The notes under the pieces were generated by a model, which had not been told where the DNA came from, did no database searches, and saw only the letters and a list, made by a program, of their open reading frames with translations. Below are positions 43,876-57,026 of a DNA stretch of 64,000 nt, piece by piece (position 1 is the stretch's first letter; each line of letters starts with the position of its first letter). The stretch covers positions 5,160,213-5,224,212 of the forward strand of contig CM082589.2 in the NCBI GenBank assembly GCA_040954595.2, in the 5' to 3' direction. Source of the stretch: Balanoglossus misakiensis (lineage: Eukaryota > Animalia > Hemichordata). A program made the position numbers and the translations under genes.

Positions 43876-46424
43876 CGGGCTTACCCAGCTCCTGCAGACT
43901 GAATGCATCGAGTTGATGAGCATCTCCGTACATGGAACAAAACCAGAAGTTGACCTAGTTCGGTGCCATTACGCAAGTGTGGCTATCAGGGCTAATCAAG
44001 TCGACGGTACGTTTTAGCTTTAAGAGAGACAGCGATCCCGCGCGGGATACAGCGTTCGGCCTATCACCGACGACCAAATATAACTTTATTGACCCCCCAA
44101 AAACAAACTGACCCGGATCTTATGACACTTTCGGGATTTTCTCCTCCGATCCACGTGGAAATATTTCTGCATTCCCATGATTTCTTGATAACAAAAGTTA
44201 CATCCTTGAAGAAGGTGTTCTTAATCACCGACGTCCTAATCCAGTTCCCCATTTTGATGAGACAATACTCCACCTTGAAGGACGTTCCTATGAAGAGAGT
44301 TACGATAGTACATGGCGTAGTTCCAGAGAAACAAGAGGAACTTGCTTATCGGTGTCAACGGTTCCTTTCTTATACCGCGCATAATTGAAATTTTCATGGC
44401 AATGACTGATGACGTGATTTCTCGATGAGATGACGGTTTATCTTTTAGCTAATATGTAATTAGATTTAAGTGGCTTATGATACGATATGTCACGGATCAC
44501 GATCATGTGTTACAAGTTAATTATATAGATACACAGATACGTGGTACATGTATGCGCGAGTGAGTCTGGGATAAACAGGATCGGAGGCAGGCACATGGGG
44601 AAATGGCTGTATACATGTAATTAGTATATTCTACTCAACTCAAACCATCACAATAGTGATCAGCGATCAGCACGTTACACTAAATTTTATAAAACGACAA
44701 AATATAGTGCCACTAGACTCGTGCCAATCAAAATGTTATAAAACGGCGATTTATCACTTAACAATTCAGGGGAATGCGGTATGGCACACTGCATATTTTT
44801 TATTCAGTATTTTCTGTATGTTTTCGATGCAGAAGTTGCACTTGACTCCCACTCCAAAATGTTGGCTGTTAACTTTTCAGTTTACAATCAAGTTATTACA
44901 GCATATACTTATCACTTCTTAAATTTATAGCATGCAATAAACACCAACCTCTTTAGCAGACAGTTGCAAATCTGACTGTGTAGGGACGCAAAAATAAATC
45001 AAACGCGCGGAAAACACCAAAATCAGAACCACCGATGTGTTAAGCCCAGTGTTTGTAAACGTGCAAACTGAAATAACCCTATAAGCCTTCACCGTTTCGG
45101 ATAACGAAGACTGTTTTTATCGTTGAAAGCATGGAAATGCATATTATCAGTATGGTCACAATCGAGTGGCAGTCGCCAACCACTGGTCCAAGTCAAGTAC
45201 AAATACACAAATCATCGTGTACCTAAATGTTTGACCTTTGTAATCGCCGAAAGATACCGGGTCTGTGTGCGTTGCGCGATTAATGTCTCGTAATTGAGAC
45301 GATACTTGCTATTAGCATAGTCATTACATGAAGCCTGAGGGGACCCTTTCCCTTCTAGCTCCGTGGTTATTCTCACCAAGAGCATGTATTGTGTGATGTG
45401 TCTACTTTAACATACTGAATATATTTACCCGTACTGAAATACAGTCACAGATTAATACGTGAAAAAGTGGTGTCATTAAATTATGTCATAAATCAAATTT
45501 TATAACTATAAAGCTGTGGGCACCAGTTATTCGCTAAAACACATAATGAAGTGCTGGGTGAGGGCGCTCATCAGGTCAAATTATATGTTCATCGTATGGA
45601 GAATGGTGTTATAAAAACAACAGAATTGCTAGGCTATACCTGTGTCGTGCAAAAAAAAACAATTTAAATTCAATTAAAATTTGCTTTGAGTTAGCCAAAA
45701 TCCGAGAGATGGAAAAAAGTAACCAAATTTGTCAAATTAACATTTAACACAATTTTAGGGCCAATTTGTGATTATAAGTGGACGTGTCAATAGACATCCA
45801 GGCACAATTGTTCAATGACAGAATGTGGTATATTGTTTAATCTACCAGCAAAACGCAATGTAAGCCTTTCCTCACATATGTAAATTTGTGGTACACAAAT
45901 TAAACACCAGACTCTCCCTCGCATGCAAATATCAATGCGGGGTCATTGTTTAACTTTATGCAATTTCATACGGTTGTTGTGGCAGAAATAATATTTAACC
46001 ACGACAGTAAGTACAGTGTAATGTTTTTACTCGATCTACATACATCTGTATGACTTTTTTTACATAAGCTTAACGTTTATCCCTGTGTCTGGAGTAAGCA
46101 GAGAATTAACTCAGACTGGTGCTGACTTCTAGTAAACTACCTGCCTCAATACGGTACGTTTGGAGGACGAATTCCTCAAATACAAATTTATTTATTTATG
46201 TTTTTTTATTATCACGATAATATTCTTAAAACGTCTGATGAATTTCTGGTGGCCAGACATTGCACACGCGTGGTGTAATGATCAAAAAAGCCCTGTCGCT
46301 CTAGTTAAATGCACGTCCGATATGTTGGTGTAGAATAAACTTATAGAAAACAGTATTATGTATCATAATTTGTTTCTTTCTCCGTTTAATCTCAGTGCTC
46401 AGTTGAACAGGAAGATTTCGAAGA

Positions 46425-47956
46425 ATGAAGCGTAGATATATCGTGTTATGTGTAACAATCCTTTGTCTGGTGACAACATTATTGGTCATGCCAAGAATGT
46501 TTGGTGAGTATCATATCGTGTGACCTTTACACAAGGTAGTTAACGGGTTATGAGAGAGACAGGCAGTCAGACAGAAAGACAGACCACATATTACAAGTAT
46601 ATTTCAGTTACATGTGAAGACAACAGTTTTCCATGCCCAGGTCGTGTGCGCGCATCACGACCACGTGGATCATTATGTCATCTTCTTACGAGGGATGGCC
46701 AATCATTCGCAGAACAGCCGTCTGAATTACCCAAAATACTATATCAGATATTTTAGACTTTGTACTTTCACAGTAAGGTTTATACTGTATAGTCAGGGTC
46801 AGTGAATTTGTCATTGTTATGGACGTCTGGAAGTCTTTCTCTCTCACCTTTGGACAGTCTGCTAATTCAAAGCTTCGTATTTGACATTCTAGGTTTTTCT
46901 AAAAGTGACAATTTAACATGGAATAAAATAAAGGAATCGACCTCAAGTAGTGATCAGGTAAGATCAATGGTTCATATAGACAGTAGATGGTTGGAGTTAT
47001 TTAATCGATTAAAGTTATTCTGAAAGTGTCAGATATTAGGGTTTTTTTTATTAAAAAGAAGGCTGAACGCACTTATCCAATTAACAGACTATTTTCTTTC
47101 ATAGGCTATCTTTCCGGGCGACATGTCTACGACTCTGAACAATTCACTGCAGAGAGAGATCCATCGAGAAAGAAGACTCGCCGTGGAACTTGCTTGCAAG
47201 CGTTTCAGGACCAACGGAACAGACAAGACGGATGCAACGAAACCAAGGTCAGATATTGACCTTGACGGCAAGGTCATGGTCGTCAGTGACGAACTGAGAA
47301 TAGTGTTCTGCCTCATCGCCAAAGTTGGGGCGAGCAACTGGAGACAGACCTTTCTGAAAATTGTCGGTTCTTGGAAACCCAACGTTGGAGCATTCGCCCA
47401 GCCCATCAAACACCTGGGTAGTTACAACCAGCGAGAGCAAGCGTATGTGTTAGAAAACTATACCAAGATCATGTTTGTACGACATCCATTCGAACGATTG
47501 CTGTCTGCATTCCTCGACAAATTCATAGAAACGCCATCTTCGCTCTATTTGCAAATGTATGGCGAGGCAATAAGAGACACTCCTGACCAAAATGGATCGG
47601 TAAATGCTAATCTGACCTTTGACAAATTTGTTTCATTTTCACTTGGTGCAAGCAGTTCAGACCGACACTGGCAGTCATATTCGAAGTCCTGTGATCCCTG
47701 TGACATAAAATATGACTATATTGGAAAGTTTGATACTCTAAATGATGATATCAATTACATATTCACCGCAGAAAATCGCACGATAGACTTTGAAAGTAGT
47801 CCCGGACATGCAACGGGCAGCTCCAACCGAATTGAGAAGTTCTACAGCCAACTGAGTAAGGAGCAAGTGCTTAAACTGTATGAAATGTATTATGAGGACT
47901 TCATACTGTTCGGACATCCCTTCCCAAGTCTCTATCTTCGTTTGGCTAAGAATTGA
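46425..47956 (+). CDS. Golgi carbohydrate sulfotransferase, Sulfotransfer_2 (CHST8-14 / HNK-1ST) family, type II membrane protein
   Basis: Exons 46425-46503 (MKRRYIVLCVTILCLVTTLLV signal-anchor), 46893-46957 (stem), 47105-47956 (catalytic). Contains the 5'-PSB motif FCLIAKVGASNW, the 3'-PB motif FVRHPFERLLSAF, HW..Y...CDPC.IKYDYIGK and Y..DF.LFG; AATAAA at 48049-48054. Confidence 0.92.
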
Positions 47957-48480
47957 ACCTGCAGTTTTTATCACAGTCTTGCTTTGGTATCTGCCGTTTG
48001 CTTTTGGCGTCTCCATATTTGTCCACACTCTAATTTATCATACTATCAAATAAAACCAATATTTCGGCAAAGGGACAGGGTCGCCCTGTTTTGACATTAT
48101 TTTTATGTTTCTCCCTTGACTTGACGTTCGTCACGTTCTTCTCCTTGGGAACAAACACCGCCACCTACGACGACTGCCACGCAAGTTGTAATGCCGTGAC
48201 ATTGGACCAGAACCCCTTTATCCAGTACATGTACTGATATGGCTATTCGTATCGTAAGATAAGGATGCCTTTATCTGTGTGAAGCTTGGGAAACAATAGG
48301 AACGAGTTCAACGTGCAAATTTTATCTACATGGCTGGTGACGTTGTGTTTTCCATGGTGCAGAACTGTATGGTCATTCTCTATCGACGCCGTGGCCGCTA
48401 CTGGTAAGTTTGACCCGGAAGCAAAGCAACACGCCAACAAACAATATGGTCGCCTCAATGGAAAGACATTGAAATCAATG

Positions 48481-48675
48481 ATAGCATATCTAGAAACAGT
48501 CATAATTGAATCGTGTTAAGAATTCTTCAGTTCCTAAAGTTTGAAATGACTTCTGGGCTTACGCGTTTTCACATAGCATATCTAGATAGCATATCTCGAA
48601 ATAGTCATAATTGATCAATCGTGTTAATAATTCTTCAGTTTCTGAAATGACTTCTGGGCTTACGCGTTTTCACAT
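48481..48675. repeat. Local tandem duplication of a ~95-bp non-coding segment
   Basis: atagcatatct..aa..agtcataattga..atcgtgttaa..aattcttcagtt..tgaaatgacttctgggcttacgcgttttcacat occurs twice (about 48481-48574 and 48585-48675). Confidence 0.85.
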
Positions 48676-49315
48676 TCATCATACGTAAGCAGTAAAACAA
48701 CAACACAAATAATTACTGAACCATTTTGCTTTTAAAATAATATATAAACTGTACAATTTGTAACTGAATTCCAACGTTTTCGCTTATCAAACATTCGGTC
48801 TCTGGGGGCGCTTGTTTGCGAAAACACCATTTGAATGATACACTGATTGTAATTGGGCAATAGGAGTTTTAGAAATTTTACTACTTCTGTAGCGAATACT
48901 TGGAATTGTGTTGAAAACTCAAAATAGATGAGCGTATGTTTAATAAATATATACAGGACTCTATAAATATGAATATAGTCATTTCAGGTCTCCCATCAGA
49001 TTCTAATTTTAATAGTCAGCGTCCTGCGAACTGCACCAGTATCATGGGCAAGTTTGAACATCTTGCAAACTTCCTTGATTCACAGATGCCAAGTCGCGGA
49101 TCTTCTGACGACATTCAATGATGGTGTGACAGTCATACGGGGTGTTTGTTATTCTCGTCGTGCACGGCGATGGCTGAAATCGTCGAAGTAGCTGGTCTGG
49201 TCCCCTGCCCCATTTTCGCCGCTGGCTGCGCTGCACTACAGGGAAAGTAGCACAGCACCAGTACTGAGGTGAGTTTCCCGCTCACGCGCGGGGATAGTTC
49301 TCGTTACCATGGATT

Positions 49316-50941
49316 CTAAGTGACAACATCATTCTCTTCACCAAAACTACCACCAACTACGCCTTTGTAATCGAAAGTTTCGGTAGTTCTGCCCCCTTCC
49401 AAATGTGACATCGGATTCGATTTGTTCAAATTCACTCTCGGTATTGATGGGCAGTCATACGATTGGTCGTAATCAAAAATTATCGGAGTCCTCTCCTCAG
49501 ACATTCGTTTTATCTTCGCAATATTTATATCATCGCCAGAAAGCCCAGATGAGTTCAGTCGATCGTCAGTTTTGTCTTGGACAGACTCCTGGTCACGCTT
49601 TTTCTTTTTCCTGCAAAATGGATATAACATCCGTTTACTATCACCTTTGCAAGAGGAGAATTTATGACAAAAAATCGTTTATTCGTTGATAGTTTTGAAA
49701 GACTAGGTATTAGCGTTAAAATTAGATATTTCAAAACTTACCTTTTGAGAAGTACTAAGAGGATAATGAAAAACAAGAATGTAGCAGAAACTCCGGCAGA
49801 CGTTACCCCTACGGCTACCCAGAACCCTGAATTCATAAAAGAGTGAGGCAAATTAAGTGATTTCGCGCAATTTATGGACTGTGGCCTATTGTTATGAAAT
49901 ACATGTAAATCGAATCGATGGCAATGCCTTTCACATCACAACCCATGATCTTGGAAATTCGTATACTGATGCGCCCTCAACCGTGACAGTGGCATGATCA
50001 ATATATGGTGATAAGTTTGCGACGGCGGCGAGCGGGGCTGCGAGCGAGTCTAGCTTTACTCAAATCGTGAAATAATACACAATGACGAACATGTTTTTTC
50101 ACGCCTATATCAACAAATACTTGCCTGTAGCTCTTGACAATCCGTTGTCTGTGGGCTCAGAAGTATTCGTCTGAGATTCAGATACGTTGGCAGGGGTCGA
50201 AGTGGGATATGTCATTTCACGGCTGCTACTTGACCTCTCATTGGGCGCGGTCGGTGTTCGAGTATTCGCCTCTACACTCCTCGATTCTGTAGATTCCTCA
50301 GTTGTGGTTGGTTCTATCGTTGTTGTATCGATTGGTGTTGTGGTCGATTCCTCAGTTGTGTACTGCGATGTTGTTGTGGGTAACACAGTTGTTGATTCGG
50401 TTGTTGTTTGTTGTGATGTGGTTGGCCGATCTGTTGTGATTCTTGTCGTCGTTGGTTCTAACGTCGTTGTATCGATTGGTGTTGTGATCGATTCCTCAGT
50501 TGTGTACTGTGCTGTTGTTGTTGGAAACACAGTTGTTGATTCGGTTGTTGTTTGTTGTGATGTGGTTGGCCGATCTGTTGTCATGCTTGTTGTCGTTGGT
50601 TCTAACGTCGTTGTATCGATTGGTGTTGTGGTCGATTCCTCAGTTGTGTACTGTGCTGTTGTTGTTGGAAACACAGTTGCTGATTCGGTTGTTGTTTGTT
50701 GTGATGTGGTTGGCCGATCTGTTGTGATTCTTGTTGTCGTTGGTTCTAACGTCGTTGTATCGATTGGTGTTGTGGTCGATTCCTCAGTTGTGTACTGTGC
50801 TGTTGTTGTTGGAAACACAGTTGTTGATTCGGTTGTTGTTTGAAGTGATGTGGTTGGCCGATCTGTTGTGATTCTTGTCGTCGTTGGTTCTAACGTTGTT
50901 GTGTCGATTGGTGTTGTGGTCGATTCCTCAGTTGTGTACTG

Positions 50942-50984
<43 letters not shown>

Positions 50985-53900
50985 GGAAACACAGTTGTTG
51001 ATTCGGTTGTTGTTTGTTGTGATGTGGTTGGCCGATCTGTTGTGATTCTTGTTGTCGTTGGTTCTAACGTCGTTGTATCGATTGGTGTTGTGATAGATTC
51101 CTCAGTTGTGTACTGTGCTGTTGTTGTTGGAAATACAGTTGTTGATTCGGTTGTTGTTTGTTGTGATGTGGTTGGCCGATCTGTTGTGATTCTTGTTGTC
51201 GTTGGTTCTAACGTCGTTGTATCGATTGGTGTTGTGGTCGATTCCTCAGTTGTGTACTGCGATGTTGTTGTGGGTAACACAGTTGTTGATTCTGGCGTTG
51301 TTTGTTGTGATGTGGTTGGCCGATCTGTTGTGATTCTTGTTGTCGTTGGTTCTAACGTCGTTGTATCGATTGGTGTTGTGGTCGATTCCTCAGTTGTGTA
51401 CTGCGATGTTGTCGTGGGTAACACAGTTGTTGATTCTGGCGTTGTTTGTTGTGATGTGGTTGGCCGATCTGTTGAGATTCTTGTTGTCGTTGGTTCCAAC
51501 GTCGTTGTATCGATTGGTGTTGTGGTCGATTCCTCAGTTGTGTACTGCGATGTTGTTGTGGGTAACACAGTTGTTGATTCGGTTGTTGTTTGTTGTGATG
51601 TGGTTGGCCGATCTGTTGTGATTCTTGTTGTCGTTGGTTCTAACGTCGTTGTATAGATGGGTGTTGTGGTCGATTCCTCAGTTGTGTACTGCGATGTTGT
51701 TGTGGGTAACACAGTTGTTGATTCTGGCGTTGTTTGTTGTGATGTGGTTGGCCGATCTGTTGTGATTCTTGTTGTCGTTGGTTCTAACGTCGTTGTATCG
51801 ATTGGTGTTTTGGTCGATTCCTCAGTTGTGTACTGCGATGTTGTTGTGGGTAACACAGTTGTTGATTCGGGTGTTGTTTGTTGTGATGTGGTTGGCCGAT
51901 CTGTTGTGATGCTTGATGTGGTTGGTTCTAACGTCGTTGTATCGATTGGTGTTGTGGTCGATTCCTCAGTTGTGTACTGTGCTGTTGTTGTTGGAAACAC
52001 AGATGTTGATTCGGTTGTTGTTTGTTGTGATGTGGTTGGCCGATCTGTTGTGATTCTTGATGTAGTTGGTTCTAACGTCGTTGTATCGATTGGTGTTGTG
52101 GTCGATTGCTCATTTGTGTACTGCGATGTTGTTGTGGGTAACACAGTTGTTGATTCGGTTGTTGTTTGTTGTGATGTGGTTGGCCGATCTGTTGTGATTC
52201 TTGTTGTCGTTGGTTCTAACGTCGTTGTATAGATGGGTGTTGTGGTCGATTCCTCAGTTGTGTACTGCGATGTTGTTGTGGGTAACACAGTTGTTGATTC
52301 TGGCGTTGTTTGTTGTGATGTGGTTGGCCGATCTGTTGTGATTCTTGTTGTCGTTGGTTCTAACGTCGTTGTATCGATTGGTGTTTTGGTCGATTCCTCA
52401 GTTGTGTACTGCGATGTTGTTGTGGGTAACACAGTTGTTGATTCGGGTGTTGTTTGTTGTGATGTGGTTGGCCGATCTGTTGTGATGCTTGATGTGGTTG
52501 GTTCTAACGTCGTTGTATCGATTGGTGTTGTGGTCGATTCCTCAGTTGTGTACTGTGCTGTTGTTGTTGGAAACACAGATGTTGATTCGGTTGTTGTTTG
52601 TTGTGATGTGGTTGGCCGATCTGTTGTGATTCTTGATGTAGTTGGTTCTAACGTCGTTGTATCGATTGGTGTTGTGGTCGATTGCTCATTTGTGTACTGC
52701 GATGTTGTTGTGGGTAACACAGTTGTTGATTCGGTTGTTGTTTGTTGTGATGTGGTTGGCCGATCTGTTGTGATTCTTGATGTGGTTGGTTCTAACGTCG
52801 TTGTATCGATTGGTGTTGTGGTCGATTCCTCAGTTGTGTACTGTGCTGTTGTTGTTGGAAACACAGTTGTTGATTCTGGCGTTGATTGTTGTGATGTGGT
52901 TGGCCGATCTGTTGTGATTCTTGATGTAGTTGGTTCTAACGTCGTTGTATCGATTGGTGTTGTGGTCGATTCCTCAGTTGTGTACTGTGCTGTTGTTGTT
53001 AGAAACACAGATGTTGATTCGGTTGTTGTTTGTTGTGATGTGGTTGGCCGATCTGTTGTGATTCTTGTTGTCGTTGGTTCTAACGTCGTTGTATCGATTG
53101 GTGTTGTGGTCGATTCCTCAGTTGTGTACTGCGATGTTGTTGTGGGTAACACAGTTGTTGATTCTGGCGTTGTTTGTTGTGATGTGATTGGCCGATCTGT
53201 TGTGATTCTTGTTGTCGTTGGTTCTAACGTCGTTGCATCGATTGGTGTTGTGGTCGATTCCTCAGTTGTGTACTGAGATGTTGTTGTGGGTAACACAGTT
53301 GTTGATTCTGGCGTTGTTTGTTGTGATGTGGTTGGCCGATCTGTTGTGATTCTTGTTGTCGTTGGTTCTAACGTCGTTGTATCGATTGGTGTTGTGGTCG
53401 ATTCCTCAGTTGTGTACTGCGATGTTGTTGTGGGTAACACAGTTGTTGATTCGGGTGTTGTTTGTTGTGATGTGGTTGGCCGACCTGTTGTGATGCTTGA
53501 TGTGGTTGGTTCTAACGTCGTTGTATCGATTGGCGTTGTGGTCGATTCCTCAGTTGTGTACTGCGATGTTGTTGTGGGTAACACAGTTGTTGATTCGGTT
53601 GTTGTTTGTTGTGATGTGGTTGGCCGATCTGTTGTGATTCTTGTCGTCGTTGGTTCTAACGTCGTTGTATCGATTGGTGTTGTGATCGATTCCTCAGTTG
53701 TGTACTGTGCTGTTGTTGTTGTTGGAAACACAGTTGTTGATTCGGTTGTTGTTTGTTGTGATGTGGTTGGCCGATCTGTTGTCATGCTTGTTGTCGTTGG
53801 TTCTAACGTCGGTGTATCGATTGGTGTTGTGGTCGATTCCTCAGTTGTGTACTGTGCTGTTGTTGTTGGAAACACAGATGTTGATTCGGTTGTTGTTTGT

Positions 53901-56900
53901 TGTGATGTGGTTGGCCGATCTGTTGTGATTCTTGATGTGGTTGGTTCTAACGTCGTTGTATCGATTGGTGTTGTGGTCGATTCGTCAGTTGTGTACTGTG
54001 CTGTTGTTGTTGGAAACACAGATGTTGATTCGGTTGTTGTTTGTTGTGATGTGGTTGGCCGATCTGTTGTGATTCTTGATGTAGTTGGTTCTAACGTCGT
54101 TGTATCGATTGGTGTTGTGGTCGATTCCTCAGTTGTGTACTGTGCTGTTGTTGTTGGAAACACAGATGTTGATTCGGTTGTTGTTTGTTGTGATGTGGTT
54201 GGCCGATCTGTTGTGATTTTTGATGTAGTTGGTTCTAACGTCGTTGTATCGATTGGTGTTTTGGTCGATTCCTCAGTTGTGTACTGCGTTGTTGTTGTGG
54301 GTAACACAGTTGTTGATTCGGGTGTTGTTTGTTGTGATGTGGTTGGCCGATCTGTTGTGATTCTTGATGTAGTTGGTTCTAACGTTGTTGTATAGATTGG
54401 TGTTGTGGTCGATTCCTCAGTTGTGTACTGTGATGTTGTTGTTGGAAACACAGTTGTTGATTCGGGTGTTGTTTGTTGTGATGTGGTCGGTCGATCTGTT
54501 GTGATTCTTGTTGTCGTTGGTTCTAACGAAGTGCGTTCTTTTGAAGAAGCTTCGCCAGTCGTCGGATTCTCGATTGTAGTTGTCCCGTCGTTCGTTGTGG
54601 TCGGCAAAGAGGTTGTTGAAATAGTTGTGGGCATCGTTGTGGTGATGGGTGGAAGCTCTATCACACCTATTGTACACAGTAGAGTAAATTTCAGTTGCAC
54701 TGCACAAGTTGATTTTCATTGCGTAATTGTTAATATGATGGCTCTTGGAGAGTTATATTTATCTTTTATTTTGTGTTTTCAGTTTATTCTGCGCATAGCG
54801 TTGCTTCTATTGAAAAAAATTGCAAGTAATAAACTCTTTGTATTTTTATTTTGCAATGAAAAGACTGAGCTTACCAAATTCACAGATGAAGTCCAATTTG
54901 TCGTGTTGATGCCAGTTGTACCATTGCCACATATCGGGGGTGTCTTCTTTCATCACAAGGGTGATACTCTCTAAGTCACCTGATCGTTTTGGATCTGGTT
55001 TGTCGACTGCCCAGTTTGTGTGGACCATGTCTGACCCTTGTTCACCATTATCTGTAGTGTACAATCAGCAATAACGTTGAAATAAAAAAATATTAACGAT
55101 TATGCATTTTAAGCAAAGGTGTACGGACATTGATATACAATGCTGGTCGAATGACCATATAGGCTATGGTTCAGAAGATGAATCTTGAGCATTTAATCAC
55201 ATGCTTTGGAAAGTCGAAAAAGAAATTCTTGTAAAAACACAATAGTTATAGATAAGTGTACTTGTCCTGTAACGCAGTCTGTGAGACCAGAAATATGGAA
55301 TGCTTACCTTCCATCCAATACCAATTGACCGCGAAGTCGCAGTTTCCTCGGGAAGCATTGAAGTAACATTTCCCGCCGATCCAGCTTGGACCGTTGTATC
55401 CAGCCTCGTTCGCAGTTAGATATTCAATCAACTCCATCTCCTCTTGTTCAGTTTCAAGTCTCGCCAACCAACCCTCACGTGAGAAACACCAATCGACAGC
55501 CTCGTTCCAAGACAAAGAATTAATGCCGTTGAGTTGAAACGAATAACAGTTTTCTCCAAGTTTGGTTGTGGGCATTGGTTGTCCGTTGTTATCACTGATC
55601 GATGGACATTCTGAAAAGGATAATCTAATTATTCGTATTTGAAGGCTAATTGGCAAAAAATTATTGCAAAGAAGGTTCTTAATTAACTGCGTGCCTACTT
55701 CTGAATGCCAAAAAACCTGCAGACTACTATACCGGGTTCGACCCGTTCAAATAAAAGAAATATTACTAACCAAACTCACAAATAAAGTTTTTCCCTGTGT
55801 CACGATCGCTGTCAACCCACTGCCATGTACTTTGCAAGATAATCACCATATTAATGTTATTAAGGCCACCTCTAGAGGGGTTAGGGGCACCGGGAATCCA
55901 GTTTGTGTAATCCATGACGTCGCCAGAATCACCGCCATCTGAAAAATACAGTAACAGACGTTGGTAACCGCAGATCAGTTTCTTATGAAGGATATTGATG
56001 AATTTCGTCTTCACACTCCAAACTGACATAGCTGCCAATTTGGTTCCACCGATAATTTTTAAAATATTTTCCTAGATTACATTTCACCATGGTGAAGTTC
56101 AAATGAAAATGTGGAATATGCTAAGTTCATATCGCAGAACATTTGTGTTTAAAATTGTACTCATTGCGTGTGTAAGCGTTTTCGTTTTTAGCGTGTCACA
56201 GGTTTTCTAATCATTAGTATGTACCTGTTATCCACAACCAATTGCTTGCGATGTCACATTCACGTGCTTGAACGTTAAATGGACATTTTCCACTCGTCCA
56301 GAATTCATACAGTTCAGGATAACCCTGTTTGTCCAAATATGCAATGACGTCACTTTCCTCTTCTTCGGTTTCGAAGTTGACCAAGTAACCACCGCGCGAT
56401 GTACACCATTGCGTGGCATCGTCCCATGTTAGACTATTTGTGTCTTCATCTTGGAACCAGTAACACCCGTCACCCACTCTCAGAGTTGAACTTGGTTGAT
56501 TGTCCTTGTTTAATATTACCGGACATTCAGATGACGTCGTAATCATATAACCTATGGGAACAAAATGCTTTATTAGATTTGTTGATGTAGAGTAGACTAG
56601 CGCCTAGCATGTATATGAGATGGACACCTTTTGCCTGTTAAAATATATTCGTAAAGCTAACAACTGGACAATGAAGAGCCAATATCGCACGCATTTTGTT
56701 TCCACACAAACAAAGGGGGCAACCACAGACAAATTGGGGGCAACTAATGAGGTGAGGCTTCGGCGAAGTTCATGTCCGAGTCAACGCGCGTATACCTTCA
56801 TTCCCCAAAGAATGTATATTATGGTGTAGCCTAGGTCTCAATGGTGAATATTTCTTCCACACAGAGTTTAAGGCACTCGCTTTGTGTATTGATTAACCCG

Positions 56901-57026
56901 CCTAACTCTAATTATGACAATACTGTAGTTTACAACCACCTCACCTTCAATGACAACGGCACTTGTCATTATCAGCAAGGTCAATGTCGCCTGAGACCGG
57001 GAGTGAGAACATCGACTTGACTTCAT
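49316..57026 (-). CDS. Gene D: receptor with two C-type lectin domains, a very long tandem-repeat mucin stalk, TM and tail, about 1992 aa
   Basis: Exons 57026-56945 (signal), 56551-56225 + 55938-55771 (CTLD1, APN/WVD), 55610-55308 + 55051-54875 (CTLD2, KPD/WYN), 54666-50125 (stalk; GC donor AG/GCAAGT), 49826-49742 (TM), 49610-49316 (tail RKKKKR...IFDYDQSYDCPSIPRV). Confidence 0.85.
50300..54526 (-). repeat. Coding minisatellite, 144-bp (48-aa) unit, about 29 copies, in the gene D stalk
   Basis: Unit LEPTT[ST]RITTDRPTTSQQTT[PT]ESTTV[LF]PTTT[SA]QYTTEESTTTPIDTTT repeated with the frame kept open; one unit has a (GTT)n expansion at about 50942-50984. Confidence 0.95.

Noticed and set aside
46608-46640. 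Possible small phase 1-1 cassette exon in the sulfotransferase (VTCEDNSFPCP)
   Set aside because: Weak donor (GTCGTG) and not needed to keep the frame.
39230-54526. Regular repeats considered as CRISPR-like arrays
   Set aside because: They are head-to-tail, in-frame coding units without unique spacers, in a eukaryotic context with no cas genes.
31847-54974. Long Val/Ser/Cys-rich + strand ORFs (e.g. 32705-33829, 39194-41386, 50187-54974)
   Set aside because: These are antisense shadows of Thr-rich mucin exons; only the - strand has coherent splice sites and domain order.
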